A program made the position numbers and the translations under genes. From NCBI RefSeq assembly GCF_009914755.1, contig NC_060944.1: a DNA stretch of 64,000 nucleotides; one strand, written 5' to 3'. Shown piece after piece: positions 1 through 16,978 of this stretch; positions within the stretch are counted from its first letter, which is position 1, and each line of letters begins with the position of its first letter. The notes below the pieces were generated by a model. That model ran no database searches. It saw nothing but the letters and a program-made list of their open reading frames with translations, and was not told the DNA's origin. The DNA is from the human T2T-CHM13v2.0 reference genome, Homo sapiens.

Positions 1-533
1 GTGGGTAAATTCGGGTGTGGTAAGATGGGGTAATAGGAGGTGACATTTGAGCCGTTTGAAATCTGAGAGGGATTTTGTAAAGTAGGGTAGGGCATGCCCA
101 GATCAACAACTGGGCAAATTGAGGTGGCTTCTTCAACTTGCAGAAATAATGCCAGGAAAATAATGTAAATTGGAGAAACAAAGGTGCTAAGTAAACAGTG
201 TTGGACCTTGGAAAGTGATGAGACTCCAGTTTGCCTCCCTTTAAATCCCCCAGTATTTGCCAAAGAGCAGGCAGCATTTCATTTCTATACTAGCTCTGAT
301 TCCCTACCGTTCTTGTCCTCTAAGTGGCTGTATTCAAAAGCACCAGAGGCCACTGGTACCCTTGTGCTGTGCAGGCAGGGATTTTCTTAGTAAGTTTCTC
401 TCGAAGGCCTGCCTGTTAAAGACTTCTGAATCCCATAAAGTTCTTGGACAGCTTCTCTTTCTGGTGTGAGGTGTGTGAATTGATGTTTTGGGACCCTTTT
501 CCATTATCTAATTATGCTTTCTATGTCCTCCAG

Positions 534-715
534 GAGGTTCCCCAATACAACTCATGAGGGTTTCAATGTCACCCTCCACACCACCCTGGTTGTCACGACG
601 AAACTGGTGCTCCCGACCCCTGGCAAGCCCATCCTCCCCGTGCAGACAGGGGAGCAGGCCCAGCAAGAGGAGCAGTCCAGCGGCATGACCATTTTCTTCA
701 GCCTCCTTGTCCTAG
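534..715 (+). CDS. SLC9A8: SLC9A8/NHE8 coding exon (probably exon 2): (E)RFPNTTHEGFNVT...MTIFFSLLVL
   Basis: Acceptor tcctccag|, donor CTAG|gtgaat; translation matches the NHE8 N-terminus as I recall it; 182 nt. Confidence 0.96.
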
Positions 716-992
716 GTGAATATGGACACTGTCATCCCCATCATCTGCCATCCCGTGTCTGTGTGCTCGGTCTGTGTGTTTAACCCTGTCACTCCTCTTG
801 ACTGTCAAGTCTTCCTCCCATTTGGTTTTCATATCAAACACTGAGGGAACATGATCAGTTTATAACATCATTAACAGGAAACTCTCTTCTTTATAAAATC
901 ATGGTGCTTAGCAAGTTCTGAAGAGCTGTTGATGTAATATCTTGGCCTTTGAAAGAAGGATTAAAAAAATTTTGGCCTAGAAAGAATCTTGA

Positions 993-1280
993 GGCCTGGC
1001 GCGGTGGCTCAAGCCTGACATCTCAGCACTTTGGGAGACTTGGGTGGATCACTTGAGGTTAGGAGTTCAAGACCAGCCTGGCCAACATGGTGAAACTCTG
1101 TCTTCACTAAAAATACAAAAATTAGCTAGGCGTAGTGGTGTATGCCTGTAATCACAGCTACTCAGGAGGCTGAGGCACGAGAATCACTTGAACCTGAGAG
1201 GCAGAGGTTGCAGTGAGCCGAGATCACGCCGCTGCACTCCAGCCTGGATGACAGAGTAAGACTGTCTGGAAAAAAAAAAA
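993..1280 (+). mobile_element. Alu
   Basis: Full dimer, TSD aaagaatcttga. Confidence 0.92.
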
Positions 1281-1663
1281 AGAATCTTGAACATCTAGTT
1301 TAATGGATTTCAAGTTCTACTCAAAGGAGTATGCACCTGTGCAGGGGATGAAGGAGCAGGGGGTGGGGTGGCAGGAGGTGGGAGGAGTCAGATGGGAGAA
1401 TATCTGACCCCCTGCTCCTGGCTTCAATCAGAGCAGCATTTTGTGTTCATATTTATTTGACTTCCATGTGAATTTTATTTAATGGTTTTGCTGCTGATTG
1501 AAAGAGCAGAAACCCTTGCCCCAGCACCCTGTTTTCCTTAACCTCTGTCATTCTCATTAACCATGGTCATGACTTTTGCCATATCTATGTACCACCTGTA
1601 TTGTTAATTTAGTTATGTACTATTTTTGATTAAATGCATTCACTCTCTGAAAACCTCATTTTG

Positions 1664-1984
<321 letters not shown>

Positions 1985-2221
1985 TCAACCTTCTCTTTTA
2001 GTGTGTGAGGAAATTTCAGCATAGAGAAGTCAGGTGGTTGTCATACCAGGCTGATATAAGACTAGAGACTGATAACCAGGTTACCAGATACCAGTCGAGA
2101 GGTTTAGATAAAAGACAAAAACTTAAATGCCTCCCAGTGTGCCTCCATCTCAAAAAACAAACAAACAAACAGACAAAAAAGAAATCCAGTTGAAACTACA
2201 CAACCACTTTTGATTAGCTAA

Positions 2222-2553
<332 letters not shown>

Positions 2554-2571
2554 AAGTCCAAATTCTTGTTT

Positions 2572-2937
<366 letters not shown>

Positions 2938-3098
2938 CTAATGAGATTAGGTCTTTTCAGAAAGTTAAAAGGTGCAACTGTTTTTTTTTTTTTTTTTATT
3001 TCTCTGATGTGTATTAGGACTGTTTATTAAGGAAAAGTATAACTTCTCTTACATTTATATTCTGTCTCTGGTGAGTGGACAAAGAATTTTAATAATAC

Positions 3099-3163
3099 AC
3101 TTGAGGCCAGCGATTTGAGACCAGCCTGGGCAACATAGTGAGACTCTGTCTCTACAAAAAATA
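3099..3163 (+). mobile_element. 5'-truncated Alu monomer
   Basis: Flanked by direct repeat ttttaataatac. Confidence 0.75.
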
Positions 3164-3948
3164 AAAGATTTTAATAATACGGTCTTTTTATTTGAAATCC
3201 TAGGACTCATCCTTGTCTGTCATAGTTTTAGAAACTTTTAAACCGATACTGAAAAAGTACACAGACCAGAAGTATACAATGTCTCATATAGATTTAATAC
3301 ACCCTGGTAATTTTTTACCCTGTAAATGTAGTTGAATTCTATTTCTAGGGGATTACTTCAACAATGAAGGACTCTCTTTTGTTTTATTTTCTTTTTCTTT
3401 TGTGATAGTAGTCGAAGACAAAGAAGAAAAGCATTTCTTTTCTTGATTAAGAAATCTTTAGTAGCTGAAGTCTTCCTTCAGGATTAAGGAGTATTATTAA
3501 TCTATTTACACTGCTGTCAATTTGATATGTTAGACAATATAAAAGGCGGGCCTGGAAAAAAAAAACTTTTGTAATCACTTTTTTTTTAAGGGAAATTGAA
3601 AAGTATAATATGACTTTTAAAGTAGCTTCCAGGGCGTGGAGCATTTAAGATTAGCTGAACAAAAGACCACAAAACAGGTTTCTATAATGTACTTTTTAAA
3701 CCAGGCAAAATCCTGCCCAGTGTTAATACATCTTTGGGGCCAGAAAGGCTGAACTTGCTGTATATTTCTCTTGGATTGCCCTCTCCAAACAGATTATAAA
3801 CCTAGACTCTAGAGTCACACCAATGTTAGATGGCTTTCATTTTCACCTAATCAGATTCTTGATAGTTTATGAGTTAGTGTCTCTGCTTATGTGGAGGTTA
3901 GCATGTATTACCAAAACAGAATGATGCTTTCTTTTTAAGTAAATTTAA

Positions 3949-4362
<414 letters not shown>

Positions 4363-5732
4363 TAACTTGCTAATTCATGAATAAATGAACTCAAGTGAAT
4401 TAAGGGAAATTAGCCCATAGTTTATTCTAGACCTCAGAACTCCTGACCTGGAATTCATTTGCCACTTTTTGTTACTCTTTTAGTTAATTCAAATGAAATG
4501 GTAACTTTTGTGTCCTGTAAGCACATGACAGGATTACAGTGTGTTCCTCTTTGTTGAGAAGGGATGACAAAACTCTGTAGTTACTTTTGATTTTTAGAAG
4601 CTTGAAATCAGTTGACTTGCATTTAACCGTTGTTGATCTTTGACTCCACAAGAAAAAATGGGGAATCATTGTTATTTACTTACACTAGATTAACAATTAA
4701 CATTATTTGACACATACATTTTATGGGCCTTGAAACTTAATGGAGTTATTATGATTGATATGTGTTTTATATATTTTCCATAGTCATTACTCCAGGCATG
4801 AAAAATTGAAAGCACACCCTCCATACCACACAGAAGTGTTTGCCCTTTCTTGCTCGGTTTTTTTCCAAGTGTACTTGAAAACGTGCTTGTTTTTGCATAT
4901 ACAGATGTATATTCGTAAGTACATGCAGAAACACAAATAATACATGTTTGGAGTTGCAAATTTGTTTTGACATAAATGGGGTCCCATAACTTGCCTTTTC
5001 ATCTCACAGAATGTCTTGGAGATCATTGTATTGGTGTTTTTTCTGTCTACCTCATTCTTTTTTTTTTGTAGTAAATACATAACATACATTTACAATTTTA
5101 ACCACTTTAAAATGTACAGTTCAGCAGCATCTAGTACATTCACAATGTTGTGCAGCTATCACTACTATCTAGTTTCAGAACATTTTCATCACCCCAAAAG
5201 AAAACCATTAAAAGCAGTCATTCCCCATCCCTCCCTTTTCTAGTCCTTGGCAACCACTATTCTGCTTTCTGTCTCTAGGAATTTGCTTATTTAGAATATT
5301 TCATATAAATGAAACCATATAATACGTGGCCTTTTGTGTCTGGTTTCTATTACTTAGCATAATGTTCTCAAGATTCATGTTATAGCATATGTTAGAATTG
5401 CATTCCTTTTTATGGCTGAGTAATATTCCACTGTATGGATATGCCACATGATGTTTATTCATTCATCAGTGAACATTTGGATTGTTTCTACCTTTTGGCT
5501 GTTGTGAATACTGCTGCTGTGAACATTTGTGTATAGGCTTTTGTGTGGATAAATGTTTTTATTTCTTTTGGATATATACCTGCAAGTGGAATTGCCGAGT
5601 CAAACGGTTACTGTATGTTTAACTTTCTCAGAAACTGACAAATGTTTTCCACAGGGGCTGCACCATTTTACAAGGGTTCCGGTTTCTCCATGTTCTTGCG
5701 AACACTTGTTTTCTGGTTTTAAAAAAATGATA

Positions 5733-6370
<638 letters not shown>

Positions 6371-8027
6371 CTCACTGTATTTTTTAAAAAATCTTACATG
6401 TCCTTCCAGTGAATCATTGTATTTTGATTTTAGTTTCCCTTGTGACTGTTGATGTTGAACATCTTTTGTCTATTCATGTCCTATGCCCGTTTAAAAGCTG
6501 TGGTGTTTGTCTCTTGGCTGTTGAGTTTAAGAGTTCTTTATATATTGTGGATAGTACACCTTTATCAGATATATGATTTGCAAATATTTTCTCCCCTTCT
6601 ATGGATTGTCTTTTCTGACTTTATTCTTTTTAATGGCTGAAGGCTGTTACCTGGCATTGATGAGCCTTATATTAACTCTTTCTGTTAATAGTTTCCCCTT
6701 TTGCTCTTAAAGCCGCAAAGAGTTGTTTGATCTATTTATGAGAATAACTTAAATTTTTAAAAATCTAGCTTGGTACAAAGGAAGAGCAGAAACTGGTTCA
6801 ACTCTCTTGGTCTATTTTCTGTCCACTTATGTGCTTATTTGCCGTTTTTTGTTTTGTCTAGACATTGGGCATGTTCATTAGTCACATGTTATGTTTATGC
6901 ACTGGAACTTTTTTCTTGCCATTAGTATTTAATGTAGGATTTCTAACTAGGTTAAATATTTATATAAAAATAACACCACAGATTGATAGTTTAAAGCACA
7001 GAATGAAAAGAGGACAAAATGTCTACATTTACAACACTCTGGCCACCTGGTGTTTTTTGGTGGGATTAAAGAAACCTAATTTGTCAGTGCAGCCTCTGAG
7101 GGTGACCAGTTAACAGGCATGTGGATTGTTTAAACATTTCCTTGAAAAAAATAACAAAATTAATGTTAGTCCTGTTAATACTGTGGTTGATGAGCTGGTA
7201 TACCATCTAGGTGCCCAGTAAAAGAAAGACATGCACGCTAACATTTGGATTAGGAAATTACATTCAGGAATAATTTTTGTGAAGTACCCATTTTTTTTGC
7301 CGGGGGGTTGGTGGGGGCAGAAATATCCCTTTCAAATCGTTTTATTTTACATCTTCTTATTTTCTTTCATAACAACACCTCTGTGAGGAAAGTTAGACAT
7401 TATTCTGTTTTGGAGATTGAGGAATGAAGGCATCCAGCCAAGTGGGAGGTGGTGGGGTATGCTGTGGTTAAGAGCACAGATTTGGAATCTGACTCAATAC
7501 TGCAGCACCTACCAGTGGTGTGACAGGGGCTGTGATGTCTAGAAGCCTCAGTTTTCTGATTTGTAATCAGAGAAGATAGTGGTAATGACAGCTAATTCCG
7601 AGGGAAGTTGGAGGATTAAATGAGAGAGTATTTGGGGTGTTCAGCCTAGTTCATGGCTCATGGGAAGTCCTCAGCCGATGGGAATGGCAGGACACAGCTG
7701 CACCCAGCTGGGGAGCAGGAGTGTTCCATATTCAGATCTCTGATGTTCTTGTCACCAAACCATTTACTTTTTCCTGTTTGTAAAACCCTTACTTCCCTCT
7801 ATGTTAAGAGCCAGTCACATGATGGCAAAATAATTTGTGTCAATGCAATCTGTTGCAGTTACATTTATGTAAAAGTGATTGATTTCATTGACTTCCTCTT
7901 CACCATATAGTGTTCCAGTTGATAATCACTTCCAAAAAGTTGAAGACCATTTCTCAGAATCAGAAAAATTTGAATAATTTTAAATAATTTTATAAGGTTT
8001 AACAGCTTATATAAAAAAATAGGTTTC

Positions 8028-8318
8028 TGGCTGATCACCGTGGCTCACGCCTGTAATCCCAGCACTTTGGGAGGCCAAGGTGAGTGGATTGCTTGAGCCC
8101 AAGAGTTGGAGACCAGCCTGTGCAATGTGGCGAAACCCCATCTCTACTAAAAATACAAAAAAATTAGTTGGGTGTGGTGTCATGTGTCTCTAGTCCCAGC
8201 TACTTGGGAGGCTGAGATGGGAGAATCACCTGAGCCTGGGAAGTTGAGACTGCAGTGACCCTAGATCATACCACTGCACTCTAGCCTGGATGACACAGTG
8301 AGACCCTGTCTCAAAAAA
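8028..8318 (+). mobile_element. Alu (older, J-like)
   Basis: gcttgagcccaagagtt diagnostic. Confidence 0.88.
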
Positions 8319-8586
8319 GTTAGATTTCTGTTCCTCTTCCAATAACTACTGGGAAACAAACTAGTTCAGGCAGACAAAGAAGTATAGAGAAAATATAATA
8401 AACATTGTAAATGTACCTCCAGTTTAAGAAATGAGACACGAAAAACACCGCTGAAGTTCACTGTGTTATTCCAATTGTCCATTTCTGTGAGGACCCCCCC
8501 AGAAATAACCACTGACTTGAACTTGGTGTTTATCATTCAGAATTGAGTGTTTTTTTTAAAACATTGTATTATTTTTTTTTCCACAG

Positions 8587-8667
8587 CTATCTGCATCATA
8601 TTGGTGCATTTACTGATCCGATACAGATTACATTTCTTGCCAGAGAGTGTTGCTGTTGTTTCTTTAG
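8587..8667 (+). CDS. SLC9A8: SLC9A8 exon 3: AICIILVHLLIRYRLHFLPESVAVVSL(G)
   Basis: Acceptor ttttccacag|, donor TTAG|gtaagt; NHE LPES motif; 81 nt, phase 1/1. Confidence 0.96.
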
Positions 8668-8699
8668 GTAAGTGTGTATTGGTGATTCCATAATAAAAG

Positions 8700-8880
8700 C
8701 AGTAACAATAACTACCATTTTTTGAGTGCCTCTTTAGTGCCAGGAACCACAAGAGATGCATCACATCCCTGATCTCATTTGATCCTCACTGCAACCTGCC
8801 CTAAGGGTGCTATGATCCCATTTTACAGATGAGGACACTGGGGCTCAAGAAGGGTAGTGACCTCCTAAAGGTCATGTAGA
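8700..8880 (-). mobile_element. MIR
   Basis: cccattttacagatgaggacactgggg core; other MIRs near 7390-7670, 25410-25640, 40040-40240, 45350-45540, 50570-50700, 54030-54220 and 59780-59940. Confidence 0.7.
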
Positions 8881-10199
8881 AGCCCAAAGGCCATACAGCT
8901 CTGTACAGCTCAAAGGCCCTTTCTTAGCCTTTTGCTTCTGGTAGAACTACCCTTGGGGAACATTGACCTCTACTGCTAGGCTAGGCTGACATCCAACTCA
9001 ACTAAGGTAAGCAATGACACTTCATAGAATCACTCAATTTTATAGACAGAAGGGACTCTGACTTTACAGTTTAGGAGGAAGAAATGGCTCACTTAATGCC
9101 AGAGTCAGGTCTAAAGTCTTCAGAGAGCATTGTGCTCTACCCCACTTACATTTCTGTTTTGTTTCCTGTGCCAATTAACTGTTGAGATCTAGTTGCAGTG
9201 AATGAACCCGTGTAATAACAGGTGTGAATGCACACACAAGTTCATTGAAGTGGTTAGTGAAGGAAGAAGTGGGGAATTTCCGTAAGTGTAAGTTCAAGGC
9301 TAAAATGTGGGTGGAGACATGTAAGGCACAGTAAATAAAGTCTTACTAAGGTCAGCCAAAGCTTTTTATCAGTTTATTATATTGCAGTCACTTTTACTAG
9401 TTTCTACTTGCCTACTGATGGTATTTAATTTTTCCTGATCACTGCTGATGTTTAGAAATTAACTTTCATTGCCTGGTAGATCTTTAGTGGAGTAGTAATT
9501 CTTTCACAAGATAGTTATTGTTTAGATTAGCTTTGGAAATGATTGTTTAGACTCTGTTCACTAGCCTCCCCCTCCTCCCATCACCCCAGCAGTCCTACTA
9601 CCTTGGTTCAGACTCTCCTGTATTTTCCCTGGACTTCAGTACTAAGTGCCAGATCCTGGCTTGTGAGGCTTCACATTGTCATCTATCTCATTTATGCCTT
9701 ATGACCTCCAGGTGATGCCGTATTTTAAGGAATGGGCACCACTGGATAGTGTTGACCTCGAGTACAGGTTTCAAAACCAGTTTTACTCAAAAAGTTCTTG
9801 TTCTGTTTTTAGCATGTTTTTTAGCAATATATCTTGGTAGAGTCTAACAACCTTAGCTAGTAAGATAGTCATAGAGCTCTAAGAATAGGAGCCTTGCTCA
9901 TTAACATTCCTTTCTGCTATTAGGCATATTGAAAAGAACCTATGTGACTAATACCCATAATTCTGGGACATTCGGTAAAGGCTCTAAGAACTACTCCAAG
10001 GAATTTACAGTTGTGTGGTCAGTTTTATAGCTTCTTACATAAATTTGTTATCAAAATTATAGTTGGTGTGTATTTAGATATTATACACATGAAAATTAAA
10101 ATGATAATTCTTATAATTTCATTTGGAATTTCAAGCTCCTCATGTTTCTTGAATGTCTGGGTAACTGCAGCTTGCTGAACACCAGTGCTTCTATTAGGA

Positions 10200-10835
10200 C
10201 TTAGAGCAGACATTGTTGGTGGCTTACCAAAGAGTCATTTCCCCCTTCTTCCTTGAAAATAGAACCCCAAATTTGATCAGGTATCTTGCCACAGTGTGCT
10301 CAAGGAAGATGGGCCCCTCCAAGTCAAGATTGGTCTTTGCCATCATGTTAATTTCACTCTTCTCTGCCAATGATTAGTTCAGAGGGGTAGGGGCGGCAAG
10401 GCAGTGTGAAACCCAGTTCTGGCCAGTGACACCAAGGGGAAGCGTGATGAGGTAGTGGGTCCTGGAAAATGTTTTCCTCTCAGATAGTAATGAGACATTT
10501 CCCCTTCATTTCTTTGATGCTGCTGAATGAGAGTGTGATGCCTAGTGGACTGGTAGCCATCTTGCAACTACTGTGGCTCAAAGACAAAAGCCAGAATGCT
10601 AAGGATTGCCGAGGGGACAGATGGGAATCCCAGATTATTGATAGCATTGTTGCTTTGTTGAGTTGATAGCCCTGAAACTTCCTATCTTAGTGCTACCTTT
10701 TATATGAGATAATAAACATCTATTAGCTGTTGTTGACTTGGAATAAAGAAAAAAATCCAAAACCAACATCTATTGTTTAAGCCATTTTTAGTCTAGGTTC
10801 TTTTACTTGCAACTAAAAGCATCTTAACTAACATA
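10200..10835 (+). mobile_element. Old MaLR LTR (MLT1J/K/L-like)
   Basis: 3' end ttgtttaagcca...ttacttgcaactaaaagcatcttaactaaca resembles MLT1 terminus; boundaries approximate. Confidence 0.5.
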
Positions 10836-10884
10836 GAACTCTTTCCATTCAAGGGACAAAACCCAATTCAAAAGAAAATAAATT

Positions 10885-11187
10885 GGCCAGGCGCGGTGGC
10901 TTATGCCTGTAATTCTAGCACTTTGGGAGGCTGAGGTGGGTGGATCGCCTCAGGCCAGGAGTTCAAGACCAGCCTGGCCAACATGGTGAAACCCCTGTCT
11001 CTACTAAAAATAGAAAAATTAGCTGGGCATGGTGGCAGGTGCTTGTAATCCCAGCTACTCTGGAGGCTGAAGCAATAGAACCACTTGAGTCCAGGAGGCG
11101 GAAGTTGCATTGAGCTCCAGTCAACGCCAGGGCACTCCAGCCTGGGTGACAGAGCAAGACTCTGTCTCAAAACAAACAAACAAAAAA
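10885..11187 (+). mobile_element. Alu
   Basis: Dimer. Confidence 0.9.
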
Positions 11188-12464
11188 AATTGGTGGGGGT
11201 AGGGGCGCTCACCTCTTGACTCATGTAACTGGCAAAACTACAGGTAGTATTAGCTTGAGACTTAGCTGAATCAGGTCTCCTGGACCCAGTTCTTCTCCAT
11301 GCCTCAGCAGTGAATCCCTTTTCCCCGGCTTCGCTGTCAGGCAGGCTCTCTCCCTGTGGTACTCTGATCCGTTCTCAGACAGGCTCTTGGTGTGGTAAGC
11401 CCTTAAAGCAGTAACTGCAGTGGGAGAGAGAACCTCCTCTTCTTTCTGGCACCAAAAGTTGCAGGATGAACTCTGACCACCTGGCGACCTCAACTGGGAG
11501 TGGGGTGGAATGGTGTTGGGAGTCAGCCAGAGCTCTCCATCTACAAGGTTCATTTCTTCACTGATGTTGCAGAAATAATTGTAGCCTGAATAGCTAGGTC
11601 TTGGGAGAAGTGATGGAAAGGCAGTCTTGCTTTCAATGCTTACTTGCTAACTCAGGTGACTGGAAACCCAAGAGCACTTCCAGGGAGAGTGCTGAGGTCC
11701 AGAAAGTACTTTTTAAAAATTATGTTAGAGGACATTTGGTTAGAATTTGTAAATGCTGACATAGCTATCAAAGTAATTCTGTATTTCATAAAGCTAAAGA
11801 AATGGAAGGAAAACGTTTTTCTCCAGCTGGAGCAAAGTGTAACAAAATATTGAGATATCTACCATTTCAAGAATTTCCAACTTTGTGCCAAAAAAGAATC
11901 TAGAAGAAGTTGCCAGAGAAAGTATGGTTTTCGTTCTTTCAGGGATAAATTTTCCTCTCCTGCCAGAAGTTGCTTTGTAGCTTGCAGTCATTTCGAGACA
12001 TTACTGGTCTTTTGCTTTATAGTTAGGTGTTCAGCATTCCTAAGAAATTCTCAGTATAGAAAAGGACCATCTGCACTCCAAAAGCACATGTCCCCTCCTT
12101 CTACCTTACTGTATTTTTAAATGAGTGTCTGTCTGGCCACTTTTCATTCTTTATAAAAATATAGTATCAACCTGAAGTTCTAAAGAGTTCCTTGGCCCCT
12201 GTTCGAAGCTTTCAGGATACTTTCCATACTTTATGGAATTCTGTAGTTTGGGCCTTTTAAAAACTAATTTCTTTTGCACAGTTAAACAACTACTATATAT
12301 AGAAAAAAGAAAAATCTTGTTTATTGACAATTATTTTTATCTTGTTTCATTCTCTTCCAGTCCATGTGTAGACATGTCCGTATGTATTAGATGCCTTTGT
12401 ATAGTTTAATTTGAGTTTATATCATTTTTTCTGTTCTTTCCATGTATTAGTTGAGTTCACATAT

Positions 12465-12767
12465 TTATTTATTTATCTTTTTTTTTTCAGACAGAGTCTC
12501 CTTCTTTCACCCAGGCTGGAGTGCAATCACGATCTTGGCGCACTGCAACCTCCGCCCCCTGGGTTCAAGCGATTCTCCTGCCTCAGCCTCCTGAGTAGCT
12601 GGGATTACAGGCACATACCACCATGCCTGGCTAATTTTTGTATTTTTAGTGGAGACAGGGTTTCACCATGTCGGCCAGGCTGGTCTCGAACTCCTGACCG
12701 CAAGTGATCTGCCTGCCTCGGCTTCCCAAAGTGCTGGGATTACAGGCATGAACCACTGTGCCCGGCC
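12465..12767 (-). mobile_element. Alu
   Basis: Dimer. Confidence 0.9.
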
Positions 12768-12846
12768 CATATTTATTTTTTTACTGGCTGTGTAATGCTG
12801 ATTCATGTATATATTTTAGGCTAAAATTTGTAAGGAATGAAAATGA

Positions 12847-13301
<455 letters not shown>

Positions 13302-13487
13302 TCAGTTGCCAAAGTTTAGCCTTAATACTGCTGATGATTAGAAAAACTGTGATCTAACTTACAAACTAGATTTGATTGAATCATTGGGTAAATAGAATAT
13401 ACAAAAGTGCTCCCCTGTCATAACTTTTTAAACCATATTTGTGCTATTTAATTCTATTCCTTCTTGTTTTCTACTAAAAGATTTTAA

Positions 13488-14047
<560 letters not shown>

Positions 14048-14080
14048 AAAAAATTGTTTTTAATTAAAAAAAAAAAAAAG

Positions 14081-14394
14081 GGCCTGGCACAGTGGCTCAT
14101 GCCTGTAATCCCAGCACTTTGGGAGGCCGAGGTGGCCGGATCACCTTGAGGTCAGGAGTTTGAAACCAGCCTGGCCAACATGGCAAAACCTCATCTCTAT
14201 TAAAAATACAAAAATTACCCAAGCATGGTGGCATATATCTGTAATCCCAGCTACTCAGGAGGCTGAGGCAGGAGAATCACTTTACTCCGGTAGACGGAGG
14301 TTGCAGTGAGCCAAGATTGTGCCACTGCACTCCAGCCTGGGTGACAGAGTGAGACTCTGTCTCAAATAAATAGTAATAATAATAATAATAATAA
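14081..14394 (+). mobile_element. Alu with (AAT)n tail
   Basis: Dimer. Confidence 0.9.
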
Positions 14395-14753
14395 TGTATT
14401 AATATATTTTACACATTAGCACAGTGCATGGCACACAGTATGGATGTGTGTGTGTGTGTGTATGTATGCATTTATTTCTTTTTAACACAGTGCAAATACA
14501 TAGGTGTGTGTGTATGTGTGTATATATAGATTTTTTTTTTTTTTTGAGAGAGAGAGAGAACTTGTGCTGGGATTCTACACTTTGTAACCTGATTATTAAT
14601 ACATTTGAGGATGTTTTCGGTGGCCCATGCGTCGGGGATGGTTGGATAGTAAGATGGGGGCTGTGAGTTCGCTGCTCAGCAACTTGATGTGGGGGAAACT
14701 CGGCTGGTATCCTCCTTCACCAGGAAAGATCGTTAATCCACCGAAGGACTTGA

Positions 14754-15068
<315 letters not shown>

Positions 15069-16910
15069 TCATGGAAAGAAATGCTTCTTTGTGAAATTTT
15101 TTTGGAACATAAGATCATGCCTGGATTAAAGTGAAACAGCTGAAGCCATATCATGCTCATAAAGAGGAAATGATAAAGATTCACAAGGGTAAACTATTCC
15201 AGCAAGCGGTGGATGCCGCCAAAGAGTTTCTCAGGAGAGCCCAAAGGGAAAGATCAGACGTCATCCCACAATTCTGCTGATGACAAGAATCGGCTTAATT
15301 CCAGTGAGGAGAGAAGCAGGCCAAACTCAGGTGATGAGAAGTGCAAACAGCCTGTCTGAAGGAAAAGTGAAGAAGATCATGGGAGATGGAAAGAAGGGGG
15401 TGTCTTCGGGCTCTTCAGAGACAGGCTCCAAATCCCCTCTGAAAAGAATCCAAGAGCAAAGTCCCCAGAAGCGGGGTCAGCCCCCAAAGAATGAGAAGAA
15501 TGTCACCATCGTGGAGTCCGGTACCTTGAAGTGGATGATGGCCGGACCAGTGGCTGCATTTAAATGGCAGCCGACCAGAAGCGAGCCTGTTAAAGATGCA
15601 GATCCTCATTTCCATCATTTCCTGCTAAGCCAAACAAGCCATCTCTGTCTGTTACCAGGCAATCACAAAGAAGTTGAAAATATGTGAAGAGGAAACTGGT
15701 TCCACCTCCATCCGGGCAGCTGACAGCACGGCCGTGAATGGCAGCATCACAGACAAAAAGATGGGATTTGGGGGCCTTGGTCTCATGAGAAGTGGAATCG
15801 TCTCTAACTTGCTAAAAATGGGTCACACAGTGACTGTCTGGAACCGCACTGCCAAGAAACGTGATTTGTTCATCTAGGAGGGGGCCTGCCTGGGAAGAAC
15901 CCCTGCTGAAGTCCTCTCAACCTGTGACATCACTTTCACCCGTGTGTTGGATCCCAAGGCGGCCAAGGACCTGGTGCTGGGCCCCAGTGGTATGCTGCAA
16001 GGGATCTGCCCTGGAAAGTGCTACGTGGACATGTCAACGGTGGACGCTGACATAGTCACTTAGCTGGCCTGGGTGATTGCGTCCAGGTCGGGGGGTCGCT
16101 TTCCAGAAGCTCCCATCTCAGGGAATCAGCAGCTTTCTAATCACGGAATGTTGGTGATCTTAGCAGCTGGAGACAGGGGCCTATAGGAGGACTGCAGCAG
16201 CTGCTTCCAGGCGATAGGGAAGACCTCCTCCTTCCTAGGTGAAGTTGGCAACGCAGCCAAGATGATGCTGATTGTAAACATAGTCCAAGGGAGCTTCATA
16301 GCCATGATCACTGAGGTGCTGACCCTGGCCTAGGTGACAGATCAGGCCCAGCAGACACTCTTGGACATCCTCAATCAGGGACAGTTGGCCAGCATCTTCC
16401 TAGACCAGAAGTGCCAAAATACCCTGCAAGGAAACTTTAAGCCTGATTTCTACTGAAATACATGCAGAAGGATCTCTGCTTAGCCATTGCGCTGGGCAAT
16501 GCGGTCAACTCTCTGACTCCCATGGCAGCTGCAGCCAACCAGGTGTACAAAAGAGCCAAGGCACTGGACCAGTCCAACAATATGTCCGCTGTGTCCTGAG
16601 CCTGCATACACTAAGCCGTCGGACCCCCCACCCCCAGCCCTCTAATCTCTCCGCTAACTCCCTCTTCCTCACATGGGGTCAGGGGCCTGGGACTTTGCTC
16701 TGGACCAGCCCACCTGTCTCCATTTCCTTTTACACAGACTTTGAGACTTGCCATCAGCACAGCACACAGCAGCACCCTTCCTTTGAGGCTGGTATGGAGG
16801 GGATGAGTGTCAGCAGGATTGGCTCATGGGAAAGCTCTTGAGCTGGGCACTGGCCTCCACACGAGGAGGTGGCTGTGTGTGCACGCACACACACGAGGAG
16901 GTGGCTGTGT

Positions 16911-16929
16911 ACACACACAAACACACACA

Positions 16930-16976
<47 letters not shown>

Positions 16977-16978
16977 TC
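16911..16978. repeat. (CA)n(CT)n microsatellite in the pseudogene 3'UTR
   Basis: Directly visible. Confidence 0.9.

Noticed and set aside
1534-1542. Perfect U12 branch consensus TTCCTTAAC in intron 2
   Set aside because: No U12 donor upstream; the intron is GT-AG and the motif is about 7 kb from its acceptor
3538-3581. TATAAAAG next to GGCGGG with an Inr-like TCACTTT
   Set aside because: TATA-to-Inr spacing of about 39 nt is too long; no CpG island or other support
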